A DNA stretch of 64,000 nucleotides from the NCBI GenBank assembly GCA_951406725.2, contig OX597818.1, positions 80,352,001 through 80,416,000 on the forward strand, given 5' to 3'. The DNA comes from Octopus vulgaris (Eukaryota). A model generated the notes under the pieces. The model was not told the origin of the DNA and did not search any database. It was given only the letters and a program-made list of their open reading frames with translations. Shown here in pieces: positions 38,940 through 52,182 of this stretch. The first letter of the stretch is position 1; every line of letters starts with the position of its first letter. The position numbers and the translations under genes were made by a program.

Positions 38940-40089
38940 TGTATGTATGTATGTATGTATGTATGTATGTATGTATGTATGTATGTATGTATGTATATAT
39001 AATAATGCGGTTTTTTTCAACAGCTTGAACTAAAAGTCAGAGGGGAATGGGATAAACTACTTATATTAACTTGCTATAAAAGCAGGTAGTAATTTTATCT
39101 TGTCCTTATTCATAGTGCAAGTTTTGAAGAGTGCATTTCGATTTTAACAGCTATTTTTTTCAGAGCTATATTGGAACAGCCTAGAAGACGAGCCTCATCC
39201 TGAAAGATCTGTAGAACTCGACAAGGACATCCTGAAAACCCTGGTGGAACAAAATCTCATCGTAACTGTTGAGGAACTAGCAGAGAAGCTTGGATTTGGT
39301 CATTCAACCATTCATTGAGACCTGTGTGCTATCGGAAAAGTCAGCAAATTGGGTCAATGGGTTCCTCACGAACTTTCCGAGTCTAATTGCATGCAGAGAG
39401 TGAATGTATGCTTTTCTTTGCTGTCACATCTCACCACTACTGCGCTATGTATATCTATATATATAAAACTGTAGTTGTGTGAGTGTCTGTCCCCTTCGAT
39501 TTAGATTCCTAACTACTCCCACATTTTGCGGTGCAGTTTAACCAAATTCGGGTAGCTTATAGTCGTGATTCATATCGAGCCCGTCTGACTATTAGCGCGC
39601 GTCTACGATGAGTCTACGATTTTAAAAATAATTTAACATAATTTTTTATTCCATTTTAATGCATAATTTTTCGTGTGTCGATGGCGGCGGAGTTGGCGTC
39701 CACGCTCACACCTGCACCTGTGGGGAAGGGAGTGTAAGGAAATCAATGTCGTAATGCGTTGTCAAGGAGACCAGCGTTCTTTTAGAACAACGACTTCATG
39801 GCTTGAAGACACCAAAACAGAAATGGCTAAGAAAGCGTCTACATGAGTCTACGATTTAAAAAAAAATTTACCATCGTTTTTTTTCCATTTTAATGCATTT
39901 TTTCGCTATTATATAAGGGAAGTAACTCTCTAAAAATGTCTACGATGAGTCAACGATTTAAAAAAAATTTACCATCATATTTTTTCCATTTTTAATGCAT
40001 TTTTTGCTATTTTTTGGCTATAACTCTCTAAAAATGCTTATATAGTTATTTCCCTTACAAACCCGAGCAACGCCGGGCGATACTGCTAG
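38097..40089 (+). mobile_element. composite non-autonomous Helitron, copy 2
   Basis: Same termini as 14597-16702, A|T target; inner TC start at 39454; ~158-bp deletion in the mariner fragment. Confidence 0.85.
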
Positions 40090-40488
40090 TCTCTTATATT
40101 CCTGCCTCATGACTTTCATGTATGCTCATCTCCAATATTCCTGTCTCAAGGCTTTCCCTCTACACACACCAGTTCAACTTGATTCGTCTTTATTAGTCGA
40201 AAGACACATGTTATTTTCAGTGGTTTCTATTTGTAATTGTGTAGCATTTTCTCTGTTTTTTTTTGTCTTTGTAGTCGTGCACATTCGCTTGCATTCTCCC
40301 CCCAAAATTAATGCTCTCAGCTTAGATTTCTGGGATCAGCCAGATTTGAACAGTCTCAAGTGTAACCGGCTGAAACTGTAAGGAAAATATGCCAACTTGA
40401 CTGATGAGAAGAGGCTGTTTTTGCCTGTCCGTCTTTGTATCGCCTATCTCTCCGGGTGTTTTATTGTCGTCTATTGCGTCCTTGCACC

Positions 40489-40533
<45 letters not shown>

Positions 40534-41289
40534 GTGCTTTCCACTCATTTTCGATCAAATCTCCCGCGAGTTAACTTGGGAGCCCTTGATGACAATGTAA
40601 CATTCATTTAACTAAGGTATCTTTGATAAGCCAGATAAATAGCTAGTGGAGTACTCCTAGTTGAGTAATTACTATTTCCGAAGTTCTGCTAGCTAGGAAA
40701 CATATGTAGCCTGGATTTTTACCCGCTCAATTCCCCAAATTTCAATTTTTATTCGCATACATAGCTGTTGCTAACTGTGAGCTATAAAAATAACTTTTTT
40801 CAGCTTATCGAACTTCAACATGGGGAAACTTTACAACCTTCTACGTCCATAAGCCACTATTGTTTCTGAAAGTTGTGTTTTTTATACCTTCTACGGACCG
40901 CTCGAAGCTTACTAAATGCACCCGTCCTTTGGACAGTTTAACATATAAATAAACGATAAATAGAAAAATGTGATAACAACTAAAAAATATTCTATAATGC
41001 AAATATACGACCATATAGATTAAAAAAAGTATGGAAAACAGTCGAAATAAATAAGTAGGCAAAATCCTTTAACGTTTATAATATTCTCAAACCAAAATCC
41101 TCAAACAATATACACCAATACACATATAAAAAAATTATAGAAAGTAATAATATATAATTACAGTATATAATTAAATGATAAATTTTTAAAATGCGAAAAC
41201 CACTATAACATATTCTCTAATGCCAATATACGACCATAAAGATTAAAAAGGTATGGAAGATCCTACATACAGAAAAACTATGTACATAC

Positions 41290-41494
41290 AACGAATTAGG
41301 GAAAACCCCATGTAAACCACGAATTTCCCGTTTTGTCCATTTACGTGGGAGCTCTGGGCAAAATGTCATAGTGCATGACCATCCTTGGTACATAAGTAAC
41401 GTGTGTGTAAAGTTTGATGGAAATCAGTTGAGAATTGTGAAAACGTGTGTGTTAGTCAATACACACACACATACTGTGATTTATATATGCTAGA
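41290..41494 (-). mobile_element. probable Helitron 5' portion
   Basis: Minus strand TCTAGCATATATAAATCACAGTATGTGTGTG then TTTCCATCAAACTTTACAC; 3' end not located. Confidence 0.45.
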
Positions 41495-42092
41495 TATATG
41501 ATATATATGTTAATGATGTTATTTACAAACTAGTTTAAGAATAACAACAAAATGTTTGCCAATAACAATCCGTTTGACAAAAATCGAGGTCTCGGTCAAC
41601 TCAAGCTACGCGCTCGCATAAACGTGCACACACACACACAAACGTGTGTCTGTGCATGTGTATGTGTACATGGTATGTGAGCATGTGCATTTTTACATGT
41701 ATTTGTGTGCATGTGTAAGTGTTCGTATGCATGTGTGCGTGTGCATGTGTGTGTGCGTGAGCATGTGCCTGTGTGAATGCATATGCATGCATGTGCGTGC
41801 GTGTAAGCATGCATGTGCGTGCAAGCTTGCATGTGTTATGTGTATGTGTTTGTACATCAAATTACACTACATTACGTAACATTAACTGTCATATCGTGCT
41901 ACCATTATAAACTAATGCTATATTTCTTTTTCTCTGGGTACATTTGCACTTAAAGTATATCCTATTCTTTAGATAAATAGAGTGCGTTATAATATCCACG
42001 AGGCAAATGCAATAAATATATATTAGTATATTTACACACACACACGCATGCACGCACGCACGCTCGTACACACACACACACTCTTTAATCTG

Positions 42093-42130
<38 letters not shown>

Positions 42131-42393
42131 ATATTATATACACATCTATAAAAATGTGTATTTATGTATATATAAATGCGATCACTTCGACATCTTACGT
42201 GTAGTACACTGAGCATCTGCATCGGTCATGTCGATTTGATGGAGGGTGTGGGCTCATCTACAGCGCATACATGTGATCACAATAAGCCATTGGTGCTCAA
42301 CCAGAGTCCACATGACCCTTGAGGGTATGTATAAGATTTTGTTGCTAGGAGCTTATGTGCAATATATTGGTTATAATTCTACAATATACAAAA

Positions 42394-42752
42394 CGAGCAA
42401 AACGCCCCCCCGTCCAATGGACGGTGTTGAGTTGTCAAACATTTAAACTAAATTTTCTCAAAACAACTTGTCCGACCGTCCCATAGGCCTCCCCTTTGAG
42501 AAACATTGATTGAACCTAAATTTGAGACACCGGCAAAAGACGGATTTCGACTGATGTACTTGCGCGTACAGCACGTTCACACGGCTTTATCGATCGCATT
42601 CTCACCTGTAATCGATTTTTGTAATTTTTTCAAGACTTATACACGCCCTCATACCGTCGGTATCTACATATTAAATTTGAGCGCAATCTGATGGAGTATG
42701 CCCGAGATCCTACAAGACACACACACAGACAGAACGTATTTTATATAATAGA
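42394..42752 (-). mobile_element. short non-autonomous Helitron
   Basis: Minus strand A|TCTATTATATAAAATACG start; hairpin CCGTCC-ATT-GGACGG; ends CTCG|T (CTAG variant). Confidence 0.65.
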
Positions 42753-42753
42753 T

Positions 42754-43297
42754 AGTTTAACAATGAGTATGTCTGCATTTCGCCCGTCTTTGCGTTCTGA
42801 GTTCAAATTCCGCCGAAGTCTACTTTGCATTTTATCCTTCCGGGGTCGATAAAATGGGTATCAGTTGAGCCCTGGGGTCGATGTAATCGACTTAGCCCCT
42901 CCCTCTTGTGTCAAAATTTGAAACCGATATTTAGAACACCACGGAACATTCTTGTATACGTGTCATTTAGAATTTTCTTCATCGGAGCTGTAAGTGTCCA
43001 CGTTATCCAACCGTAATATACAAAAGTTTAACAATGAGTATGTCGGATGGAATGCTTAGCTGCATTTCATCCGTCTTTACGTTCTGAGTCCAAGTTCCGC
43101 CCAGGTCGACTTTGCATTTTATTCTTTCGGGATCGATAAAATGAGTACCAGTTGATCATTGGGGTCGAGGTAATCGACTTACCCTTGCCTCCCTGTGTCA
43201 AAATTTGAAACCGATATTTAGAACACCACAGAACATTCTTGTGTACGTGTCATTTAGAGTTGTCTTTATCGGATTTGTGAGTGTTCATGTTATCCAA
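42754..43297 (+). repeat. tandem duplication (~270 bp unit) of a SINE A fragment plus flank
   Basis: GTTTAACAATGAGTATGTC at 42754 and 43026; GAAACCGATATTTAGAACACCAC..CATTTAGA twice. Confidence 0.9.
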
Positions 43298-44108
43298 TTT
43301 CATAGGGATGTTGAAGATACGACAGATAGAGAAAAAAGATGGCTGTGGATAATTAAGTGATTTAAAACCGGAAACGGAGGCTCTAATCTGTGCTGACCAA
43401 GAGCAAGCACTAAGAACAAACGACATAAAATACAGAATAGACAACACATCAGAAAGTGATAAGTGAAGAAGCTGTGGACAAAATGGTGAAACCGTATGGC
43501 ATATTACCAGCCAATGTACGCCACTAGCTCAGAAGGAATATAAGAGACGTCACGACAAAATAGCCAGGCTTGTCCATTGGACACTTTGCAACAAGTATGG
43601 ACTTGACAGAGAAAAAAATTGGTACGACCACAAACCTGAAGGCATTGACGAAAATAGAAATGCAAAGATCCTATGGGATTTTATGATTCAGTGCGATCAT
43701 GAGATTGAGAATAGGAAGTCTGACATAGTCTTAATTGAGAAAGAAAACAAACTACGCTGGATCATAGATATAGCATACCCAGCTGACAACAAGGTATGCG
43801 ATAAGGAAGAAAAAAGTCGAGAGGTATGACAGGTTAGCTTGGGAAGTTAAGCAGTTGTGGTCGATGAAAAAGGTAGCAGTAATACCAATAATTATCGGAG
43901 CCCTAGGAACAGTGAGCAAAAATCTCGAGAAGTACGTGGAACAAATAGGAGCTGCAATAAGGGTGGAGCATTTGCAGAAAACAGCACTGCTTGGAACCGC
44001 TCGAATACTCCGGAGGGTGCTCGAAAAATAAGAGGTGTTACCTTAGTTCACTGGTAGTGAACAGCTGACACTGTAGTACATCTCCAGCGTTAGAAGCTGT
44101 GCAAAGAA
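43297..44108 (+). mobile_element. R4/Dong-clade LINE 3' end (CCHC knuckle plus RLE)
   Basis: ETEALICADQEQAL..RSCGQNGETVWHITSQC..YKRRHD..KILWDF..DIVLI..IDIAYP..IPIIIGALG..LQKTALLGTARILRRVL*; followed by TAA-rich tract. Confidence 0.92.
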
Positions 44109-44168
44109 AATAATAATAATAACAACGATAACAACAAAACAACAACAACAACAACAACAACAACAATA

Positions 44169-44201
<33 letters not shown>

Positions 44202-44222
44202 GTGATAATAATGATAATAATG

Positions 44223-44270
<48 letters not shown>

Positions 44271-45194
44271 GCGCATGCTTTTCATCTTCACGAACTCGAT
44301 GAAGTTCCATTCTAAGTCAACATACTGTCCGAAAATAATACAACGTCAGATGAAATGCCTTATGGTGAGGGTTGTCTTAACAACATTGTAGGGCCCAGGA
44401 TGAATCAATGTACCGGGATCCTATAGTATTTAGTTTTTGACAGCGAGGCAAAGCATACTTAGATCAGAAATGGGCCCTTAGACTTCTGGGGCTACGGAGC
44501 AACTACCCAGTGTACCCATGACAGGATTGCGTATCGAATTTGTACCAGCTAGCGACATTCTGAATTCAAATGTGGCCGTAGTCTATTTGAGTATCAGACC
44601 TAATCCGTCGCCCAGTTGAAAGCCTCTACATTGCACTTTAGGTTCTTTTAGCAGAGTGCAAGCATTCGAGTCAGGTGCCCTGGTTTGAGGATATCTTCAT
44701 TCCCCTCTTCTTTCTAGGAAGGCTCTCTAAAGGGTTGTGGGTACTGTGGGAGGCTCTCTAAAGGATTGTGGCTAAGAGATTAAGAACTATATCACAAAAC
44801 CAGAGCAAAAGCGTAATTAAAAAGTGAAATACTGTTTCTTTTTAAGTGTTATTTATAAGAAAATGATGGAACCACATGCAGTCAAATACACAGTCACACG
44901 CACAATCTTACACACAACTTCACTCTTTCCATCTCTCCCTCCCTCTCTATTTCTCTCTCTCTCTCTCACACACTCTCACACTCTTACAGTCTTGCTCTCT
45001 CCCTCTGTCTCTTTCTCTCACAAATACGCAGTCACATATAGTTACGTCTTCTCTCTCATACACACACTCGCAGAGTCTCTCTCACTCTCACACAGTTTCT
45101 CTTTTTCACACACACACACACGCACGCATTCACGCACGCATTCACGCACGCATTCACGCACGCATTCACGCACGCATTCACGCACGCATTCACG

Positions 45195-45259
<65 letters not shown>

Positions 45260-45343
45260 ACACACACAGAGTCTCATTCTCTCTCGCACAGCATTTCACT
45301 CATACACTTAGTCTTATTCACACCATCTCTTTCATTTACACCC

Positions 45344-45389
<46 letters not shown>

Positions 45390-46179
45390 TGACACAGTCA
45401 TACAGTGAATCTCTCGCTGTGTGTCTGTCTACCCCCTCTCTCTCTCTCTTTCACGGAGTCTCACACACATTATTTAGTGGTTTCTTATTTTTGTGGCAGA
45501 GAGCCAGAAATTGGCAAGAAAGGGCCCTAATCAATTGAATTGACCTTTGTACACCAGTGATACTTATTTTTTGACACTGAAAAAATTAAAAAATAAAAAC
45601 AAAAATAATAATAAAGACTAAATCGATAACAGTGGAATTTGAACTCAGAACTTAGCAGAATGAAACTCAATACTGTAAGACATACAGTCTGCTATTGTGC
45701 TTTATTTCTGACAAATTAACACCCTCAAAAAAATAATTTTTTGATTTTTGAGGTTGGCACAAGGCCATAGAGTGCAGAGGAGTGAAAGGAAGTTTGATTG
45801 AAACGATGTTAAGCTGTTTTTTTACTTTATCGTTACTGAAGACGGTTCGAAACGGATATGAACTCGGAATGTAAGAAATAAAAGGCTTCAAGTAAATACG
45901 GTAAGGAGTTTCACTCTAAGTGCTAAGTATCATATGTGCTGTATCAGCATAAATGTTTTGAGAAATGCGAAGCAGAGCGACGCAGAAACGCATGCGCCCC
46001 GCGATGTAGTGACGTCATTCATTGTCCAAAATATAATGTGTCTTTATATAGATCGAGGTGGACAATTTTTTCCAGGGTCTGTTTCTGCAGCGAAAAGTCT
46101 TATCACGTCCTAACACACTCGAACGTGTTGAAGGTAACTTTACACAAATATATATATTATTCCATGCAGCTTCGTTTAA

Positions 46180-46650
46180 CATTATTGATTTCGGGTTTAG
46201 TTTCACTACGTGACACCATGGGCAAGTGCCTGCTGCAATAGACTGGCCCGACCAAAACTGTGAGTAGATTTGGTATACGGAAACTGAAAGAAGCCAGTCT
46301 TGTGTGTGTGAGTGCATATGCACATACACATATATATATATGTGTATATATACATGTGTGTGTATAGAGATACACACACATATATATGTCTGTGTGCATG
46401 CGTACACATACACACATGTGTGTATGTGTGCACGTGTATCTATATGCTTGTGTTTGTGTTGGTCCCCTACCACCGCTTGACAGCCGCGTTGGTTTGTTTA
46501 CCTCTCCATAACTTAGCAGTTCTGAAAAAGAAACTGATAGAATAAACAATGGAGTCGATTCGTTCGACGAAAACCCTTCAAGGAGGTGCCCCAGAATGGC
46601 CGCAGTCCAATGAGTGAAACAAGTAAAATATAAAAGATAAAAAGATAAAG
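46180..46650 (+). mobile_element. SINE family B
   Basis: GGGCAAGTG, GGAAACTGAAAGAAGCC, CGCTTGACA, TGAAACAAGTAAAA. Confidence 0.8.
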
Positions 46651-46949
46651 TGTGCTGAAGTGTCATAAAATGAACGAGCCGGAACCAATAAAATAAACTA
46701 TTAAAAAATGATAAATCTTAACGATGTTTAATAGTTTGTATTTAAGTAGATGAACATAAAGTTTAGGCATTTAAATATGTGTGACTGCTTAAAAGGTTTC
46801 TGCTGAATTAAGTTTTGTGGGGGTTTTAACAGAATGCTACAACCATTATGAATATTGATTTTTAAACATTGGCATATGACTATATAGATAGTTTATGGGT
46901 TATGAATACAGCTAAAATATACAACTTGATGTTACTGAAAACAATCACA

Positions 46950-47808
46950 CACAAGATTGAGAAAATTTCTCGTGAGAATCGTAATGGCTTCCGTTCAAAT
47001 GGAATAGATCAAGAATATTACAAAAACCCGCAAGGTGTAACGGGGAAGAACATACCAACTATTCTATTTTTCGTTGGTTTCACAATAGACAAGGAGAGAA
47101 AATGAGAAAGACAGTGCTACTTCTGATATTCCTAGAGAAACTGTGAAACTGTGAATGCTATAATGATACTATATCAGAACACTGGAGCAAGAGTTCGTTC
47201 TGCAGAGGGAGACACTGGCTTCTTTCATGTAACTACAAGGCGATACCCTAGCGCCACACCTTTCCTCACATGCCATCAAATGTACTAAGGAAAGCATTAA
47301 ACTAAAAAAAAAACAAACTTAGGTTAGACTCTTTCACAGAAAAGAAAGTATAAGGTATCCTATCAAGAAAATTCCAGATGTAGATTATGTGACAATGTGG
47401 CAGTAATCTGTGATCATATGAAATGCCAATATCCTCCCACATCTGGAGAGAAAAAACAAGTGAAATCGGATTATATATCAACGGTGCTAAAACAGAATGT
47501 ATGTCTTACAACCAAGATAGGACTGAAAGCTTGTACTATCTGTGAACGGAGAAGAAATAAAAAATGTGGAGACGTACAAATACTTCGGAAGTCATATCGC
47601 TAAATCCGAGAATGATATGGAAATCAGGATTAGTAAAACATGCGGAGCGCTTAACTGTTTGGATAAGATATGGAAGTCTAATCTTCCATCAAAAACTAAA
47701 ATAGACTACTTTAGAGATATAGTTGAATAACACGGACACTTACAGCACCGATGAAGAAAACTCTATATGGCGTGTACACCAGAATGTTCCGTGAAGTTCT
47801 AAATATAG
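46950..47808 (+). mobile_element. RTE-group LINE reverse transcriptase remnant
   Basis: RENRNGFR..NAIMILYQNT..GDTLAP..VETYKYFGSHI..IRISKT..LDKIWKS..YTRMFREVLNI with many disablements. Confidence 0.8.
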
Positions 47809-47809
47809 G

Positions 47810-49745
47810 TTTCTAATTTTGACACAAGGGTAGCAATTTCGGGGGAAGTGGTTAAGTCGATTACATCGACCCCAGTTCTCAACTGGTACTTATTTTACCG
47901 ATCCCGAAAGGATAAAAGGCACAATCGACTTCGGCGAAATTTGAACTCAGAACGTGAAGACGGACGAAATGCCACTAAGCATTTTGCGATCCTTGTGGTC
48001 GTGAATACAACAAATTAACCATCGAGATTTTAATTTAGAAAGTAAGGTTCGTTAGCTCGCCGGACGATACGCTTAGGGAATTTCTTCCGGCTTTACGTTC
48101 TGAGTTAAAATTTCGGCATGGTTGACTTCGCCTTTCATCCTTCCGAGGTCGATAAAATAATACCAGACAAGCACTAGGGTCCATGTAATCGATTTTCCCC
48201 TCCCCCCAAAATTTCAGGCCTAGAAGAAATTGAGAACGTAGGGTATATAACATAACATTGCAGGGTACTTTGACTGATGCACCGCCACTTCTATTATCAA
48301 CATCTAAATGAGATTTCTAATACGGAGTGAAGGACACAAATAATACGACATATTTTTAAAAATACAGTTCAACCTAACTGCTCATTTAGTTTATAGAAAC
48401 CGAAAGGAAGAGTGGCAAATCGGCGTCGATAGAATTTGATTTCAGTACAAAGGGACGTTATTATATACCACAATGCAATTTTTTTTCTGGCCCTCTACCT
48501 TTTTTGCTGCTTGCAAGAACATACTGATTTTTATTATTTTGTGCCAGTTAAAATAAAGTATCAGCTGAATACTGGAGTTGAAGTAAAAATTGCTGGCTTG
48601 GTGCCAAATTTTGAGATCTTTAATTTTGCGACAGACACTCACAAATTTATTGCGGAGAGAAACAGTGTTATTGAATTGGCCATTTTCAGTCTATATCGAC
48701 TCTTGAAAGAGAAAGAAGATAAAAGTCAAGCACAAACGTAGTTGAATGACTACTGTCGTGGTGGTTTTTGTCGAGATGAAACTACTTTGTTGTTATATCT
48801 TCTGGTAACAATCCAAGAGTTCTACTATAACTAATCAATCAATCAATAAATCAATAAATAAACAGATCAATATATATTTGATGGTAACAGTAGAAACAGT
48901 AGAATGTCGAATGAAATGAGTTGTATCCCATTACATCCGTAGTTCAGATACCGGCTGGGATCAACTTCGCCTTTCATCCTTCGAGGGAGGATAAAATACG
49001 ATAAAGAGTACCAGTGATATACGGAATCGATATCAATCAATCATTGTATTCCACTCTAAATGTGTGTTGTAATACTGATTTCAAAATTTGACACAAGGCC
49101 AGTAATTTCGGGGGATGGAGAAAGGCGATTACATCGACCCCAGTACTCAACTGGTACTTATTTTATTGACACTGAAAGTCGACCATGGCCGAATTTGAAC
49201 TCATAACGTAAATACAGACGAAATGCCGCTAAGCATTTTGTCCAGGGTGCTAACAATTCTTCCACCTTACCCCTTATTGCATCCTGTAATATTTAAGGGT
49301 TGTGGGGTGGAGAGCTGGCAGAATCGTTAGCATACTGGGCAAAACGCTTAGCTTCATCTCGTGTTGAGTTCAAATTCTGCTACGGTCCGCGTTACCTTTC
49401 ATTTTATCGGGGTCGATAGGGTATATACCAGTTGAGAACTGGGGTTGATGTAATTGACTTACCCCTCCCCCGAAATTGCTGGCTTTGTTCCAAAATTTTA
49501 AATCAATATTAAAGGACTGAAATAAGGCAGCGAGCTGGCAGAGTCGTTAGCAAGCCAGGCGAAATGCTTAACGGTACTTCGTCCGACTTCACGTTCTGAG
49601 TTCAAATTCCGCTGAGATTGAATTTACCTTTCATCCTTTCGGAGTGGTTAAAATAAGTAACAGTTGAGCACTAGAGTCGATGTAATCGGCTCATCTCCAT
49701 CTTCAAAATTGCTGGCCTTGTGCCAAAATTTGTAATCAATATTAA
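47810..49745. mobile_element. cluster of six or more SINE family A copies in alternating orientation
   Basis: - 47810-47990, + 48050-48230, + 48890-49060, - 49075-49270, + 49310-49510, + 49525-49745. Confidence 0.85.
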
Positions 49746-50029
49746 ATGATCGAAATAAACGATCATTCAATAGTCGAGTAGTGCAGTGGAAGAGTCGGTA
49801 AGGTGTCTCACTGACAGCAACGATAATCTCAGTTAATCGGTTAATGTCACTATAATACATGAGTAAAAGCTTGCCTCGCTCTTTCATAAAAGAAAACAAG
49901 CAACAAACGATACAATAAAAACTGAGTTTAGGCTTTATTAAACAAAATATTCGAAGTTAAAGGAAGGAAAAAAAAACTGAAAATCCTCAAAATAGTTATA
50001 AATTGTCAGTACACACAAACAGTGCCCGA

Positions 50030-50062
<33 letters not shown>

Positions 50063-50064
50063 GT

Positions 50065-50320
50065 GTGTGAAGACGTGTGTGCCCTAGTGGTTAGGCTGTT
50101 GCACTCGTGATCGCTAGATAGTGGGTTCTATTCCCTGAATGGGCGGATTGTTGTGTTCTTGAGCAATACACTTCTTTTCATGATCACTAAAGGAGTATTG
50201 ACCTGCTCATCTAGCCAACGGAGTGGCGTCGTCTGAAGGCTAAAACAATGCAAACATGCTTTGTGACCAGCGACGTGTAACAACATCTGATAGCTTGGTC
50301 GGTCACGTGGTCACGTGATA
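50065..50320 (+). mobile_element. SINE, head H1 plus tail T3
   Basis: CTAGTGGTTAGG..GTTGTGTTCTTGAGCAA; tail GAAGGCTAAAACAATGC..GGTCACG shared with 63110-63230. Confidence 0.75.
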
Positions 50321-50454
50321 TATCTATATCTATCTATCTATATATATATATCACGTGACCATATACATCTGTTTGTTTCCTACATCACCTGTCTTCGTCG
50401 TTTTTTTTTTCGTGAATTCCCTCCTGTATATATATACATACATACATATATATA

Positions 50455-50617
50455 TGGCTGTGCTGTAGGAAACTAGCTTCCCAACCACATGGTTCCGGGT
50501 TCAGTCCTACACTGCTTGGCACCTTGAGCAAGTGACTTCTACTATAGCTTCGGGTTGACCAGACGCAAACTGAAAGAAACCCGTCGTATATGTGTATATA
50601 TGTGTGTGTGTGTGTGC

Positions 50618-50659
<42 letters not shown>

Positions 50660-50860
50660 GGCCACCGCTTGACAACTGGTGTTGGTGTGTTTACGTCTCC
50701 GTAACTTAGCGGTTCGGCAAAGAAGACCGATAGAATAGGTACTAGGCTTAAAAAAGACAAGTCTTGGGGCCGATTTGTTCTACTAAAACCCTTCAAAGCG
50801 GTGCCCCAACATGGCCGCTGTCAAATGACTGAAACAAGTAAATGATAAAAGATAAATGAT
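50455..50860 (+). mobile_element. SINE family B
   Basis: CCCAACCACATGGTTCCGGGTTCAGTCC ... AAATGACTGAAACAAGTAA. Confidence 0.88.
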
Positions 50861-51179
50861 ATATTTCGCTTAAGCATTTTGAGACTAATAACCTGGTTAT
50901 GCTTCTGAAGAAAGTGTTAGATGAGTATAGAGCGGTAATAAGAAAAAGAGATGACACAGGAAAAACAAATGTTATGTTATGAACTTCATTGGGATCTGGG
51001 TTTCTGGAGACGGTTTAAATGTATTCTTAAAATATTATAACAAGCTATGAAAAGTAATGAGTTAAATATTTCACAGATTCAAATTAATACACTTCTGTTT
51101 GATATTTATTAATCAACTTAAAATTTTTGTACACAGTAAAGAACAATACAGGTACAAATTTATACAGTTCTAAAGTAGA

Positions 51180-52090
51180 GTATTTTTAATCTTCATTCCA
51201 TTTTTAACACGCCGTATATCTTTCATACTTTCGGTGGTCGAGAAAATATGTTCCAGTTGAGCACTGTGACGATGTAATCGACTAGTTCCCTTCCTCAAAA
51301 TATCAGGACTTGTGTGCCTATAGTAGAAAAAAATATTGGTTTCAAATTTTGACACGAGACCAGCAATTTCGAGGAAAGGGATAAGTCAATTACATCGACC
51401 CCGGTGTTCAACTGGTATTTATTTTATTGACGTCCCCGAAATGATGATAGACAAAATTGGCGTTGGCGGAATTTGAACTCAGAACGTATAGACGGACAAA
51501 ATGCGCCCAGGCATTTTACCCGGCGTGCTAACGAGTCTGCCGACTCGTGGTCTTCATTTCTGAAAAATTAAATAACTCCTATAATAATAATAAAAAATAG
51601 ATAAAAAAACTCGATTTAAAAGCAATAATTCCGTCGTTCTTTTGAGCCATTATCACTTTTTAATAAGAAATGTTTAAAGAAATTTAATGAAAATACTTAA
51701 CAAAAATTGATAATGAATAACAAAGCTTCAATGATATTATATTGACATATTCTGAATATTTGATGTAAAATATGTGTCTAGTGAATAGTAGTAATGGCAT
51801 CGATATTTATCTGGAAATTAGAGTTTTTGTTTTAGATTACCATTCTTTTCCAAATTCAGCTCCCTAATTTTTCAGCATTCTTAATATTGGTTTCAAATCT
51901 TGGCACAAGGCCAGCATTTTCGGGGGGGGGGTAAGTCAACTACATTGACCGCTGTGCTCAACTGGCACTTAATTTATTGATCCCGAAGGGATAAAAGGCA
52001 AAGTGGGCCGCGGTGGAATTTGAACTGAAGGTGTGAAGACGGACGAAATGCGGTTAAAGCGTTTTACCAGTTCTACCAGTTCACCGCAAT
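51180..52090. mobile_element. SINE family A copies (+51180-51330, -51335-51550, -51885-52090)
   Basis: Family A body motifs. Confidence 0.8.
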
Positions 52091-52108
52091 TTTAAAAAGT
52101 TGCCTGCA

Positions 52109-52182
52109 GGCGGCTACGGAGAATCAAACGCCGTACCTCTCAGATACCGGCTGAGTGCTCCGTACCATTAAGCTAAGCGGGC
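52109..52182 (-). pseudogene. tRNA-like sequence, Thr(GGT)-type anticodon arm, degenerate acceptor stem
   Basis: GCCCGCT-TA-GCTTAATGGTACGGAGC-A-CTCAG ccGGTat CTGAG-AGGT-ACGGCGTTTGATTCTCCGT-AGCCGCC. Confidence 0.6.

Noticed and set aside
45826-45875. CTGAAGA..GAAA hammerhead-like cores
   Set aside because: No proper stems; the sequence reads as a decayed antisense SINE A (TGAACTCGGAATGTAA)
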